From the IMG/VR virus record IMGVR_UViG_3300043548_000722, positions 43,651 to 107,650 of that record: 64,000 nt of DNA, one strand, 5' to 3'. This DNA is from a virus. The position numbers and the translations under genes are program-made. The notes below the pieces were generated by a model. The model ran no database searches, was not told the origin of the DNA, and saw nothing but the letters and a program-made list of their open reading frames with translations. This document shows, in pieces, positions 1 to 7,951 of this stretch (its first letter is position 1; every line of letters begins with the position of its first letter).

Positions 1-6
1 GAGGTC

Positions 7-300
7 GTGGCCAAGCTCAAGAAGGTCACCGGACCCACGGGCTACCCGACGATTGCGCTGGACTCCGTGGTTCCGGTCACCGAGTTCACCATGGAGAACA
101 AGCAGTGCCCCGTGACGGTCAATGGAGAGGGAGCCCTCACCTACGACGAGTCCTTGGATAATCTGATGAAGAATCAGTTTGACTTCGAGGAGTACACCAA
201 GCCTCGGACAAACGCAGAGTACGCGGAGATGCTGGGCTTGCGTGAGGGCGACATCGGGTTCGCCTCTTCCGCCAAGCGGTACAACAACTTCCGCGGCTAA
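7..300 (+). CDS. Hypothetical protein, 97 aa
   Basis: GTG after GAGG, strong GC3 codon bias, followed by hairpin; start may lie upstream of the window. Confidence 0.7.
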   Translation: MAKLKKVTGPTGYPTIALDSVVPVTEFTMENKQCPVTVNGEGALTYDESLDNLMKNQFDFEEYTKPRTNAEYAEMLGLREGDIGFASSAKRYNNFRG

Positions 301-306
301 TCACTG

Positions 307-339
307 CCGAGGGGCCCCTTCTGGGGCCCCTCGGTCTTT
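307..339 (+). terminator. Intrinsic terminator-like hairpin
   Basis: 12-bp stem CCGAGGGGCCCC/GGGGCCCCTCGG, loop TTCT, then TCTTT. Confidence 0.7.
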
Positions 340-350
340 GCGGAGGAACC

Positions 351-2756
351 ATGCGCTATCAGTTCATTGACACGCCGCTGCCGATGTACGTCTTCTCCGA
401 GGAGGAGGCCAAGAAGCTTGCAGCCCATATGATGACGCTTCCCAGGGTCGGGTTTGACACCGAGACCACGGGGCTCGATAAGCTCGGTGCGCGGATCAAG
501 TTCTTTTCCTTCGGCTACGAAGGAATGCGGTTTTGCGCCCCAGTACGCCTGCTTCCGGTGTTCCAGCCTGTTCTGGAGAACCCAGAGATCCGGAAGTGCA
601 TGACAAACGCAAAGTTCGACATGCACATGGCCGCCAATCACGGCATTCACATCGCGGGGCACATCTACGACACCGTGTCGATGGACTGGCTTCACGATGA
701 GAACCGACAGGGCCGGCACGGTCTAAAGCAGTGCGCGGCGGACTATCTCGGCCTCAAGATGGCTCCGTTCTCGGAAGTGTTTGGAGGAGTGGGGACCACA
801 GACAGAGAAGTCGAAACTTTGTGCCGAATGCACGATGCCCTTGAGACTGCCGATACGTCTCTGGCACTGGAGATCCTGGCGCTGATTGGCCAGATTGACA
901 TGGATCCTGATGACCTCGAGGACATGCAGACCGTCTCCAAGAAGCTCGGATTGGGGCGAAAGGATCACTCCAAACTTCTGCCGGCTACCAAAGTTCTAAA
1001 GATCGCCAGAAAACACGGGCTCTGCCCAACCACTCGCGGAAAGTCTGGCTACGTCAGCGATTTTTACGAACTTCTTGGGATGGGCCCCGTCGCGGACAAA
1101 GAGCGCGATTCGCACAAGGACGCACTCGTTGATCCGGACGCGCTCATTGAGGCGCACGAGTTCATTCTCGGGCACTTGGCGAAGGCTTCGGAGAATGAGC
1201 TGTCTCCGCTCGACATGATCACGCTGCTTGTCGGTGACTACGCGTCTCTCGACGCCTGGGCGACATTCAAGCTCACAGAAGAGCTTGAGTCGCTACTCTC
1301 GAAAGAGAACATCAACCCCGACATGACATTGCTCGATTACTACAACGACGTCTCTGCGACGTTCATCCGGATTCTGTGGATGATGGAGCGTCGCGGGTTT
1401 CAGCTGGACGTCGATGCGATTCAGGCACTCGCCGCTCCGATGGTCATGGACATCGACCGCCTTGAGCGCGAGTTTGTCGCACAAGTCGGCTGGGAGATCA
1501 ATCCAAACAGCCCGACTCAGCTTGTCGATCTCTTCTTCACAACGAAGGGCGGACAGTGGCTAGATCCGTTTGGCAATCCCGCACGCAAGCTCAGCAGCGG
1601 CGGAACAACGGGCGTGAAGAAGCCCTCAGTCAGCAAGGAGGTCATTGAAGAATGGGCAGAGAAGGGAAACCCGCTAGCACAACTTCTTCAGGAACACAGA
1701 GTCTTGAAGAAATTGCACAGCACCTATATCGACGCATTGCCGAGAACCGTCGATGCGCGAAGGCGGATCCACACGGACCTCAAGAGCGCGGGAACGGTCA
1801 CTGGCCGTCTGTCATCCGGAGAGCCAAACCTTCAGAACATTCCGGCTCGTGGTAACTGGGGCCGCAGAATCCGAGAGTTCTTCATCGCCGGGCAGTGGGG
1901 ATCTTGCGATGACTGGTATCTGCCGGATGTAGCGCACATTCAGTCCCCGAAGTATCCGCGCGACCAAGAAATGCTACTGATCGTGGCTGACTACGAGCAG
2001 CTCGAAATGCGGATCATGGCTCACATGAGCGAAGATCCCCGGATGATCGACACGATTCGCAGCGGCAAGGACCTGCACTCCATGACGGGGGCACTTGCGG
2101 TTGGCGCGAACTATGACGACATCGCGGCTGCAAAGAAAGCTGAGCATCCGACCAAGGAACAGCTCGAGCTTCTTGAGCTTCGGAGTCAGATGAAGGCAGT
2201 CGGCTTCGGACTTCTGTACGGGATCGGCCCCAAGAAGCTTGGCCAACAACTTGGCCTGAAGATGGTCAAGAAGTACGGACGAAACGGGATAAACTACGAA
2301 ACCTGTCCCGAAGCAGAGGAGCTTATCGAGAAGTACTTCTCCATCTACCCGAAGGTACAAGAGTTCATCGACGACACTCATTACCAGTGCGAAAATGATC
2401 TCTTTGTACAGACGATCATTGGGAGGTATCGCCGCCTTCCCGATATCTTGTCAAAGGAACGTGGCCTGGCGATGCAGGCTCAGCGGCAATCGGTTAACTC
2501 AAGAATTCAAGGTTCCGCCGCCGATATTGCCATTCAGGCGATGATCAACTGTGAGAGTAACGAGGCCCTTCGCGAACTCGGGGTTCGGATGCTGTTGCAG
2601 ATCCACGACGAGCTCGTGTTCGAGGTTCCGAACATTCCAGACGTTGTCGACCAGGCAAAGATCCACATCCGCAGCTGCATGGAGAACCCGTATCCCATGC
2701 GCGTTCCCATCCTGATTTCGATGGACTCTGCTCGGTCCTGGGGAGAGGCGAAGTGA
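351..2756 (+). CDS. polA: Family A DNA polymerase with 3'-5' exonuclease domain
   Basis: ExoI FDTETTG, ExoII NAKFD, ExoIII YASLD; TGRLSSGEPNLQNIP; motif A ADYEQLEMRIMAH; motif B KAVGFGLLYG; motif C QIHDELVFE; GGAGG RBS. Confidence 0.97.
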   Translation: MRYQFIDTPLPMYVFSEEEAKKLAAHMMTLPRVGFDTETTGLDKLGARIKFFSFGYEGMRFCAPVRLLPVFQPVLENPEIRKCMTNAKFDMHMAANHGIHIAGHIYDTVSMDWLHDENRQGRHGLKQCAADYLGLKMAPFSEVFGGVGTTDREVETLCRMHDALETADTSLALEILALIGQIDMDPDDLEDMQTVSKKLGLGRKDHSKLLPATKVLKIARKHGLCPTTRGKSGYVSDFYELLGMGPVADKERDSHKDALVDPDALIEAHEFILGHLAKASENELSPLDMITLLVGDYASLDAWATFKLTEELESLLSKENINPDMTLLDYYNDVSATFIRILWMMERRGFQLDVDAIQALAAPMVMDIDRLEREFVAQVGWEINPNSPTQLVDLFFTTKGGQWLDPFGNPARKLSSGGTTGVKKPSVSKEVIEEWAEKGNPLAQLLQEHRVLKKLHSTYIDALPRTVDARRRIHTDLKSAGTVTGRLSSGEPNLQNIPARGNWGRRIREFFIAGQWGSCDDWYLPDVAHIQSPKYPRDQEMLLIVADYEQLEMRIMAHMSEDPRMIDTIRSGKDLHSMTGALAVGANYDDIAAAKKAEHPTKEQLELLELRSQMKAVGFGLLYGIGPKKLGQQLGLKMVKKYGRNGINYETCPEAEELIEKYFSIYPKVQEFIDDTHYQCENDLFVQTIIGRYRRLPDILSKERGLAMQAQRQSVNSRIQGSAADIAIQAMINCESNEALRELGVRMLLQIHDELVFEVPNIPDVVDQAKIHIRSCMENPYPMRVPILISMDSARSWGEAK

Positions 2757-3070
2757 CACAGGCCGAGCTGGAGAGGGCGATCTGCAAGAGGACCGGGCTA
2801 CCAGACTCGGTCGTTGCGCTCGTGCTCACAACTCTCAAAGACCTGATCTCGGAGAGCCTCGAAAGACAGCAGGATGTTGTCTTTCGAGGGCTCTTTCGCA
2901 TCTCATCTCGAGTACGGGAGATCAACTCATTTCAGACTGCTGTCGGTTCGAACGAGCCCAAGAGGGCCACAGCGTATAAACTTGTCCTGGGGATCCACCC
3001 CGTTCCTGCTTTCCGAAAGGAGCTAAACAAATGGACAAGTACGCTGTCGTCCTCGATGACCAACACGTAA
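2753..3070 (+). CDS. HU/IHF-like DNA-binding protein
   Basis: MTQAELERAICKRTGL...VVFRGLFRISSRVRE...HPVPAFRKELN follows the HU/IHF pattern; GTGA overlap with polA stop. Confidence 0.8.
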   Translation: MTQAELERAICKRTGLPDSVVALVLTTLKDLISESLERQQDVVFRGLFRISSRVREINSFQTAVGSNEPKRATAYKLVLGIHPVPAFRKELNKWTSTLSSSMTNT

Positions 3071-3210
3071 AGACCGCGATGGAGGGCAAGGGCTCGTGCC
3101 CTTCCTGCGGCTCAAGAAAAGTCGACAACCGGGGTCTCACTCCGGTCTGTCCCAACTGCGGCACCCGCCCGTGGGAGAAGCATGGCTCGCGCCAAGAAGG
3201 AAGAAAGTAA
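3031..3210 (+). CDS. Small double zinc-ribbon protein, 59 aa (absent from ORF track)
   Basis: AAGGAG RBS, ATG 3031; MDKYAVVLDDQHVKTAMEGKGSCPSCGSRKVDNRGLTPVCPNCGTRPWEKHGSRQEGRK; two CPxCG; fills the HU-RecA gap. Confidence 0.8.
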   Translation: MDKYAVVLDDQHVKTAMEGKGSCPSCGSRKVDNRGLTPVCPNCGTRPWEKHGSRQEGRK

Positions 3211-4324
3211 CGCTCAGGCGGCCATCAACAAAATCAAGAGCAAGTACCCCGGCAAGGTCTTCACTGCCGGAGAGTACACGATGCCCTGGAAGGTCAAGAG
3301 ACTACCGACGGGAGTTCTTGACCTCGACATCGCGCTGGGCGGAGGTCTTCCTGCCGGCGGGATGACCTTCCTCACCGGCAAGCAGGGAGTTGGAAAGAAC
3401 TGGCTGGTCAACCAAGTCATTCGCCAGCACCAAGAACGACATGGGGACAAGACAACGGTCGCCGTCGTCTCGACTGAGATGGTCTACGACAAGGAGTACG
3501 CGCAGCTTTGCGGAGTTCGCGTTGCGATGTCGGACATGGAGATCTCCCTCTTGCGGGATCAGTACGAAGCAAACGATGAGGCCTTCCCCGCAGACTATGA
3601 GGAGAAACTCCGCAGGCAGGTCGGTGAGTTCATCACGGTTCCTCCTGCGCTTGCAGAGGAGTCTCTCCAGATTGCGATCGAGCTAATTGAGACCAGAGAG
3701 TTTGACATCGTCGTCATTGACTCCTTCGGATCGTTGCTGACGGAGCACGACGAGGAGAGCAATCTCAGCGAGCCGAACCGAGTGGGCGGTGCTGCGCTTC
3801 TCAACACGCGCTTTGCGCGCAAACTGAACGCGGCACTCGGTCCTGACAAGGACGGCAATCCGAACCTCACTTGTGTCATCGGGATCAACCAGGTCCGCGA
3901 CAACACCGACCGCGCCAACAAGTACTCCCCAAAGACAGTTGAGGCGGGAGGATGGGCACTCAAGCACGCGCGCTGGGTCACGATTGAGATGTCGCCGCAG
4001 GCGAAGGTCCGCGATGGTGACCTCACCACTGGAAAGACAGTGCGGTGGGAGATCACCAAGCAGAAGGCTGGAGGTCACGAAGGAGCCTCTGGCACCTACG
4101 ACTACCTGTTCAAGCACACGGGCATCAATCGCGCAGCGCACTCGATTGCTGTTGCGGCCGATTACGAAGTCATGTCGAGAAAGGGGGCCTGGTACTTCTA
4201 CCAAGGTCAGCAGATTGGGCAGGGACTCGATTCAGCGGTGAAGTTCGTCCTCGACAATGGGCTTCTCCAGAAGATTGAAGACGACACGATGCGAGCGGCG
4301 GGCATCCGCTGCTCGTACGGGTGA
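3182..4324 (+). CDS. recA: RecA/UvsX-like recombinase
   Basis: PTGVLDLDIALGGGLP, Walker A GKQGVGKN, Walker B IVVIDS, INQVRD, GGWALKH, KGAWYFYQGQQIGQG. Confidence 0.95.
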   Translation: MARAKKEESNAQAAINKIKSKYPGKVFTAGEYTMPWKVKRLPTGVLDLDIALGGGLPAGGMTFLTGKQGVGKNWLVNQVIRQHQERHGDKTTVAVVSTEMVYDKEYAQLCGVRVAMSDMEISLLRDQYEANDEAFPADYEEKLRRQVGEFITVPPALAEESLQIAIELIETREFDIVVIDSFGSLLTEHDEESNLSEPNRVGGAALLNTRFARKLNAALGPDKDGNPNLTCVIGINQVRDNTDRANKYSPKTVEAGGWALKHARWVTIEMSPQAKVRDGDLTTGKTVRWEITKQKAGGHEGASGTYDYLFKHTGINRAAHSIAVAADYEVMSRKGAWYFYQGQQIGQGLDSAVKFVLDNGLLQKIEDDTMRAAGIRCSYG

Positions 4325-4791
4325 GCCGGAGGCCAACGTGCCCCGTCTGTAGCGGAGTCAATCTGGTTCCGTGGTCGTTGGGAAAGGTCCGCTGTCGCAC
4401 ATGCGACCGGGCCTTTCCCCGCCACGAGATCCAGTCCGAGGAGTACGTTCCTCGGGCTCCGCGAAGCCAAAGCACTCGCGCTCAGGCTGACAAGCAGGAG
4501 CGTCGAGTTGCTAAGGACCTCGGGGCACGCCAAACGATTGCATCCGGGCAGACGCCCGTGGACAAAGGAGACATCAAGTCGGACCTGGTTCGTGTGGAAT
4601 GTAAATACACCGATAGTAAGTCATACTCTCTAAAGGCAGCGGATTTAGTCAAGATTGCCGGGCAGGCAACCAAGGACCAAATTCCACTGTTCTATGTTGA
4701 GTTCAGGACTGAGGGGGAAGGCTACTACGTCATCCCTGAGCACTGGTTCCTTCAACTTCTCGAGAAGTACAAAGATGATCAGGACGATTAA
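4321..4791 (+). CDS. PD-(D/E)XK Holliday-junction-resolvase-like nuclease with N-terminal Zn ribbon
   Basis: CPVC...CRTC; QERRVAKDLG...ASG...KGDI...VECKYT. Confidence 0.75.
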   Translation: MSRRPTCPVCSGVNLVPWSLGKVRCRTCDRAFPRHEIQSEEYVPRAPRSQSTRAQADKQERRVAKDLGARQTIASGQTPVDKGDIKSDLVRVECKYTDSKSYSLKAADLVKIAGQATKDQIPLFYVEFRTEGEGYYVIPEHWFLQLLEKYKDDQDD

Positions 4792-5584
4792 GGACCTTGA
4801 GGGTCTCTCTGCCGAAGAGATTGAGGCCGTGCGCAAAAGCATCAACATGCGCTGCTACTACTACATGGGCGTGAAGAAGTTGGGCCAGCAGGAGGGCATG
4901 ACGCTCACCGAATACACGGCATGGAAGGCAATTCCGGCGGATGAACCTTGCCGTGCCTGCCACGGGACCGGAACCTGGAAGAAGCCCGAGCGCAGCGTGG
5001 GCACGATTCACGCAAGCTCGGCGGCCTCCTGTGTTCGCCGCCTCTACTACGATGTCGATGCAAGCATTCGTCCCAAGTCAGTGATCTCCCCAGAGTTGCA
5101 GATCACCTTCGCGATGGGCCACGCGATTCACGATGTTGTGCAGAAGGCGCTGCATGCCGCGCTGCCTGGTAAGTTCGCGGATGAGATGACGGTCGATCTG
5201 GACGAGGCGATGGTACTCGGCAGTCACACGGACGGCGTCGCCGAGATTGAGCAGGCTCGGGTCCTCGTCGAGATCAAAAGTATTGGCAAAGAATTCGACA
5301 CGCTCGTGAAGCCGAAGGACGATCACATTACGCAGGCTGTGGCCATCTACGCCAAGGCCCTCGAAGTCCCGTTCATCAGCTTCTTGTATGTCAGCAAGTC
5401 GTGGCCCCACAACGTCAAAGAATTTGTGATGGTCTACGACGAGAAGTACTACCGCAGATGGTGGAAGAACAAGGGCCAGGTCGTAGACCTTGCGCTTGAG
5501 AAGGGGGAACCTCCGATCGCCGATGCGTCAAAGGACGATTGCGGGTTCTGCCCGTATTCCTATCACTGCCCTCAAAAGCTGTGA
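4775..5584 (+). CDS. Cas4-like PD-(D/E)XK exonuclease
   Basis: HASSAASCVRRLYY, GHAIH, HTDG, VEIKS, QAVAIY, C-terminal CGFCPYSYHC; start placed at ATG 4775 (MIRTIK). Confidence 0.85.
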   Translation: MIRTIKDLEGLSAEEIEAVRKSINMRCYYYMGVKKLGQQEGMTLTEYTAWKAIPADEPCRACHGTGTWKKPERSVGTIHASSAASCVRRLYYDVDASIRPKSVISPELQITFAMGHAIHDVVQKALHAALPGKFADEMTVDLDEAMVLGSHTDGVAEIEQARVLVEIKSIGKEFDTLVKPKDDHITQAVAIYAKALEVPFISFLYVSKSWPHNVKEFVMVYDEKYYRRWWKNKGQVVDLALEKGEPPIADASKDDCGFCPYSYHCPQKL

Positions 5585-5592
5585 GGTGAAGG

Positions 5593-6138
5593 ATGACGAA
5601 GCGCGCAGCCACGGACTTTACCGTAACCCTGGAAGACGGGGAAGAGATGTACTCGGGGGCCGCAGATCGGGCTCTCCAAAGAATTGAGAAGCTTGGCCTG
5701 GAGATCCCTGCGCGCCCCGTCGATTCCAGCGGACAGCCGTTCGATGGAAGGCTCCCGTCAAACGTGGCGGACTTCACCACGAGGGAACTGGCGGAAGTCT
5801 ACACCTTGATGTGTAACTACGCGGATTATCTTGAGAACCTCCACACGGTCGCACGCGCAGAGGTTCTCAACTCCGACCGCCGTCTCAAACTGACCAAGGC
5901 GCTGGTCCGCAAGACCAAGCCGGGCACAGCACAGGAAAAAGACGACCAGTGCCTCACGGATGTTCGGTACATCGAGGCGGACGTGGCCTACGTGGAGGCT
6001 GCGACCTACCAGGAACTCCTGGAAGGGTTGGCCAAGGCGGCGTCGCGGGATCGGTCGGTCCTCAGCCGGCTGATTGAGACAAAGAAGATGGAGCTGGACA
6101 ATAAGCGGAGGGACAACAATGCTCGAGTATACCGATAG
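5593..6138 (+). CDS. Helical protein, possibly UvsY-like recombination mediator
   Basis: GAGGTG RBS; coiled-coil C-terminal half; next to RecA-like gene; function is inference only. Confidence 0.5.
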   Translation: MTKRAATDFTVTLEDGEEMYSGAADRALQRIEKLGLEIPARPVDSSGQPFDGRLPSNVADFTTRELAEVYTLMCNYADYLENLHTVARAEVLNSDRRLKLTKALVRKTKPGTAQEKDDQCLTDVRYIEADVAYVEAATYQELLEGLAKAASRDRSVLSRLIETKKMELDNKRRDNNARVYR

Positions 6139-6601
6139 TCTGAGGTTGTGGGTCCCCTTCCTCCCTCCGTCCGAAAACCGGATCCGCGTTCATCGGAGAC
6201 AGGGCGGCCAGGTCTATTCGAAGGAAGCACGCGACTTTCAGACGCTTTTCGCAGATCATCTGCGGACTTCCTTCTTCACTGACTTGGCCGCGTTCGTCCA
6301 AGGTCATACAGAGAAGAGCCTGTATGTGCTCCGGATGGTGTTCCACTTCGACACTGTCATCAACAGTGGATGGGCTAAAAACCAAGCAAAAACACTCTAT
6401 AAGAAGTTTGACGTGGGCAATCGACGTAAGTTGATTGAAGACTGCCTCTCCACTGCGCTCGACATTGACGACTCAGTGTTCTTCGAGGTGCAGCTTGTGA
6501 AGCGCATGAGCCAGACTGGGGAGGGTGTTGAGATCCTTCTTACCCGTGCTCCTCCGTCTTCCTTCGGAGTCCCAGATGTCAGACGAATTCAACAAAAGTG
6601 A
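6119..6601 (+). CDS. rusA: RusA-like endodeoxyribonuclease
   Basis: PFLPPSENR, FDVGNRRKLIEDCL...IDDS match the RusA D-x-x-N-x-x-K...D...DD pattern; GGAGG RBS before ATG 6119. Confidence 0.75.
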   Translation: MLEYTDSLRLWVPFLPPSENRIRVHRRQGGQVYSKEARDFQTLFADHLRTSFFTDLAAFVQGHTEKSLYVLRMVFHFDTVINSGWAKNQAKTLYKKFDVGNRRKLIEDCLSTALDIDDSVFFEVQLVKRMSQTGEGVEILLTRAPPSSFGVPDVRRIQQK

Positions 6602-6869
6602 GCTGATTGAGCTCTTGCGCGAAGAAGGTCATGGGAATATCAGCAGAGGAAATGGGATCCCAAGACTGATTGCTGCGCTCGAAGATGAGGAAGATCCGGA
6701 GCCCTGCCCGCTGGAGGGAAGACGCTCTACGATGGAGAAGCACATCCGGCGGAACTGGACCCGAATACGGACCCAGCTTCCGCGCTGCAACGGGAAGTGC
6801 ACAGTATTCGGCTGTCCAGACGCTATTGTCATTGGCTGCTGGCTGAGATTCAAGGACGAAATAATATGA
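6576..6869 (+). CDS. Small Cys-rich hypothetical protein, 97 aa
   Basis: GGAG RBS, ATG 6576; RCNGKCTVFGCP...CW. Confidence 0.7.
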   Translation: MSDEFNKSELIELLREEGHGNISRGNGIPRLIAALEDEEDPEPCPLEGRRSTMEKHIRRNWTRIRTQLPRCNGKCTVFGCPDAIVIGCWLRFKDEII

Positions 6870-7774
6870 CTTGGGAACCGTGCGTTACCTGCGCTCGGGT
6901 CTCAAAGTGTGGAGACGTTGATCACAACCTCCTCCTCGAAGGGGGAGGTTGTTCTCTCCACGAGCCTGCACACGAAGGCATCGTACGCGCCCGCCTTCGC
7001 ATCATGGACGAGTTTGGCGCACTCGCAATACCGACAAAGAAGAACCTAAAAGACGGAGTCATCACAATGGCTGGTACTGTTTCATCTACGGCCGCATCGA
7101 AGCGTAACCTCCGTGCCCTGGGCAAAGTCCTGGGGGTTGTTCCCAAGGGCGGCGCCAGCTTCAAGCTGTCGGCCGAAGAGATCTGCACGATGATCAAGGA
7201 GAGCGGCGACCCGCGCTTCATCAATCTTGAGAAGATGAGCGATGAGGAGGTCGCGGCCATCACGGAAGAACTCGGTGGTGAAGAGGGTGGTGAGGAGACT
7301 GCCGCCGCCGCTCCCGCACCGACGCCCGCTCCCGCTGCCCCGGCCGCGAAGAAGCCGACGGCACCGGCCCCTGCTGCGCGTGCTTCTGCTCGCTCCAAGC
7401 CGGAACCCGAGGCTGAGGCTGAGGAAGAGACCGAAGCTCCGGCGCCGCGTGCTCCGCAGCGTCCTGCTCCGGCTCCCGTTGCGCCGCTCCGTCCCGATGC
7501 GAAGCGTCCGGCGGCCCCTGTCCGGCCGGCGGCCCCTGCTGCCTCGGCACCCACCAGCGGCCTGTCGGCCGACCTCAGCAAGCTTGAGGAGATGGTGATG
7601 GTCATCGGGAAGGCGGGCGATGCTCGTGATCTCGCGCTCAAGAACATCATCACCACGCTCAACCAGCTGGCCGAGAAGGTGGAGGCGATCGACGCTCATC
7701 TCGCCTACCAGTACAACGCGAGCGTCGAGCCGGGAAACGAGATCAAGTCTCTGACCGAGGTAAGCTGGATCTGA
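6866..7774 (+). CDS. Protein with Cys-rich N-terminus, Pro/Ala-rich linker and coiled-coil C-terminus
   Basis: ATGA overlap at 6866; second in-frame ATG 7067 with GGAG RBS; strong codon bias from 7067. Confidence 0.8.
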   Translation: MTWEPCVTCARVSKCGDVDHNLLLEGGGCSLHEPAHEGIVRARLRIMDEFGALAIPTKKNLKDGVITMAGTVSSTAASKRNLRALGKVLGVVPKGGASFKLSAEEICTMIKESGDPRFINLEKMSDEEVAAITEELGGEEGGEETAAAAPAPTPAPAAPAAKKPTAPAPAARASARSKPEPEAEAEEETEAPAPRAPQRPAPAPVAPLRPDAKRPAAPVRPAAPAASAPTSGLSADLSKLEEMVMVIGKAGDARDLALKNIITTLNQLAEKVEAIDAHLAYQYNASVEPGNEIKSLTEVSWI

Positions 7775-7914
7775 TTGAGATCCTGTCTGACCGGCTGGAG
7801 ACGATGGGTCTCGACGAGATCTTCGAGATCATCACCGCCGCAGGGTACGGAGTGCGGCGAAAAGGGCTGACCCACGAGCAAGTCAAACGGCTCTTGATCA
7901 GTCTGACCGCATAG
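7732..7914 (+). CDS. Open -1 frame: frameshift extension of the upstream gene or a small non-ATG gene
   Basis: G GGA AAC heptamer 7732-7738; -1 frame reads ...KLDLIEILSDRLETMGLDEIFEIITAAGYGVRRKGLTHEQVKRLLISLTA to TAG 7912-7914, ending just before the terminator. Confidence 0.55.
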   Translation, partial: GKRDQVSDRGKLDLIEILSDRLETMGLDEIFEIITAAGYGVRRKGLTHEQVKRLLISLTA

Positions 7915-7918
7915 GTCA

Positions 7919-7951
7919 AGGGGGACTCCTCACGGAGTCCCCCTCTTTTTT
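7919..7951. terminator. Terminator between convergent operons
   Basis: Stem AGGGGGACTCC/GGAGTCCCCCT, loop TCAC, T-run. Confidence 0.85.

Noticed and set aside
780-1230. Intein in the polymerase insert
   Set aside because: No N-terminal Cys/Ser block, no C-terminal His-Asn, no LAGLIDADG motif
4775-5584. CRISPR-Cas locus suggested by the Cas4-like gene
   Set aside because: No repeat-spacer array or other cas genes seen; solo Cas4-like nucleases are common in phage replication modules
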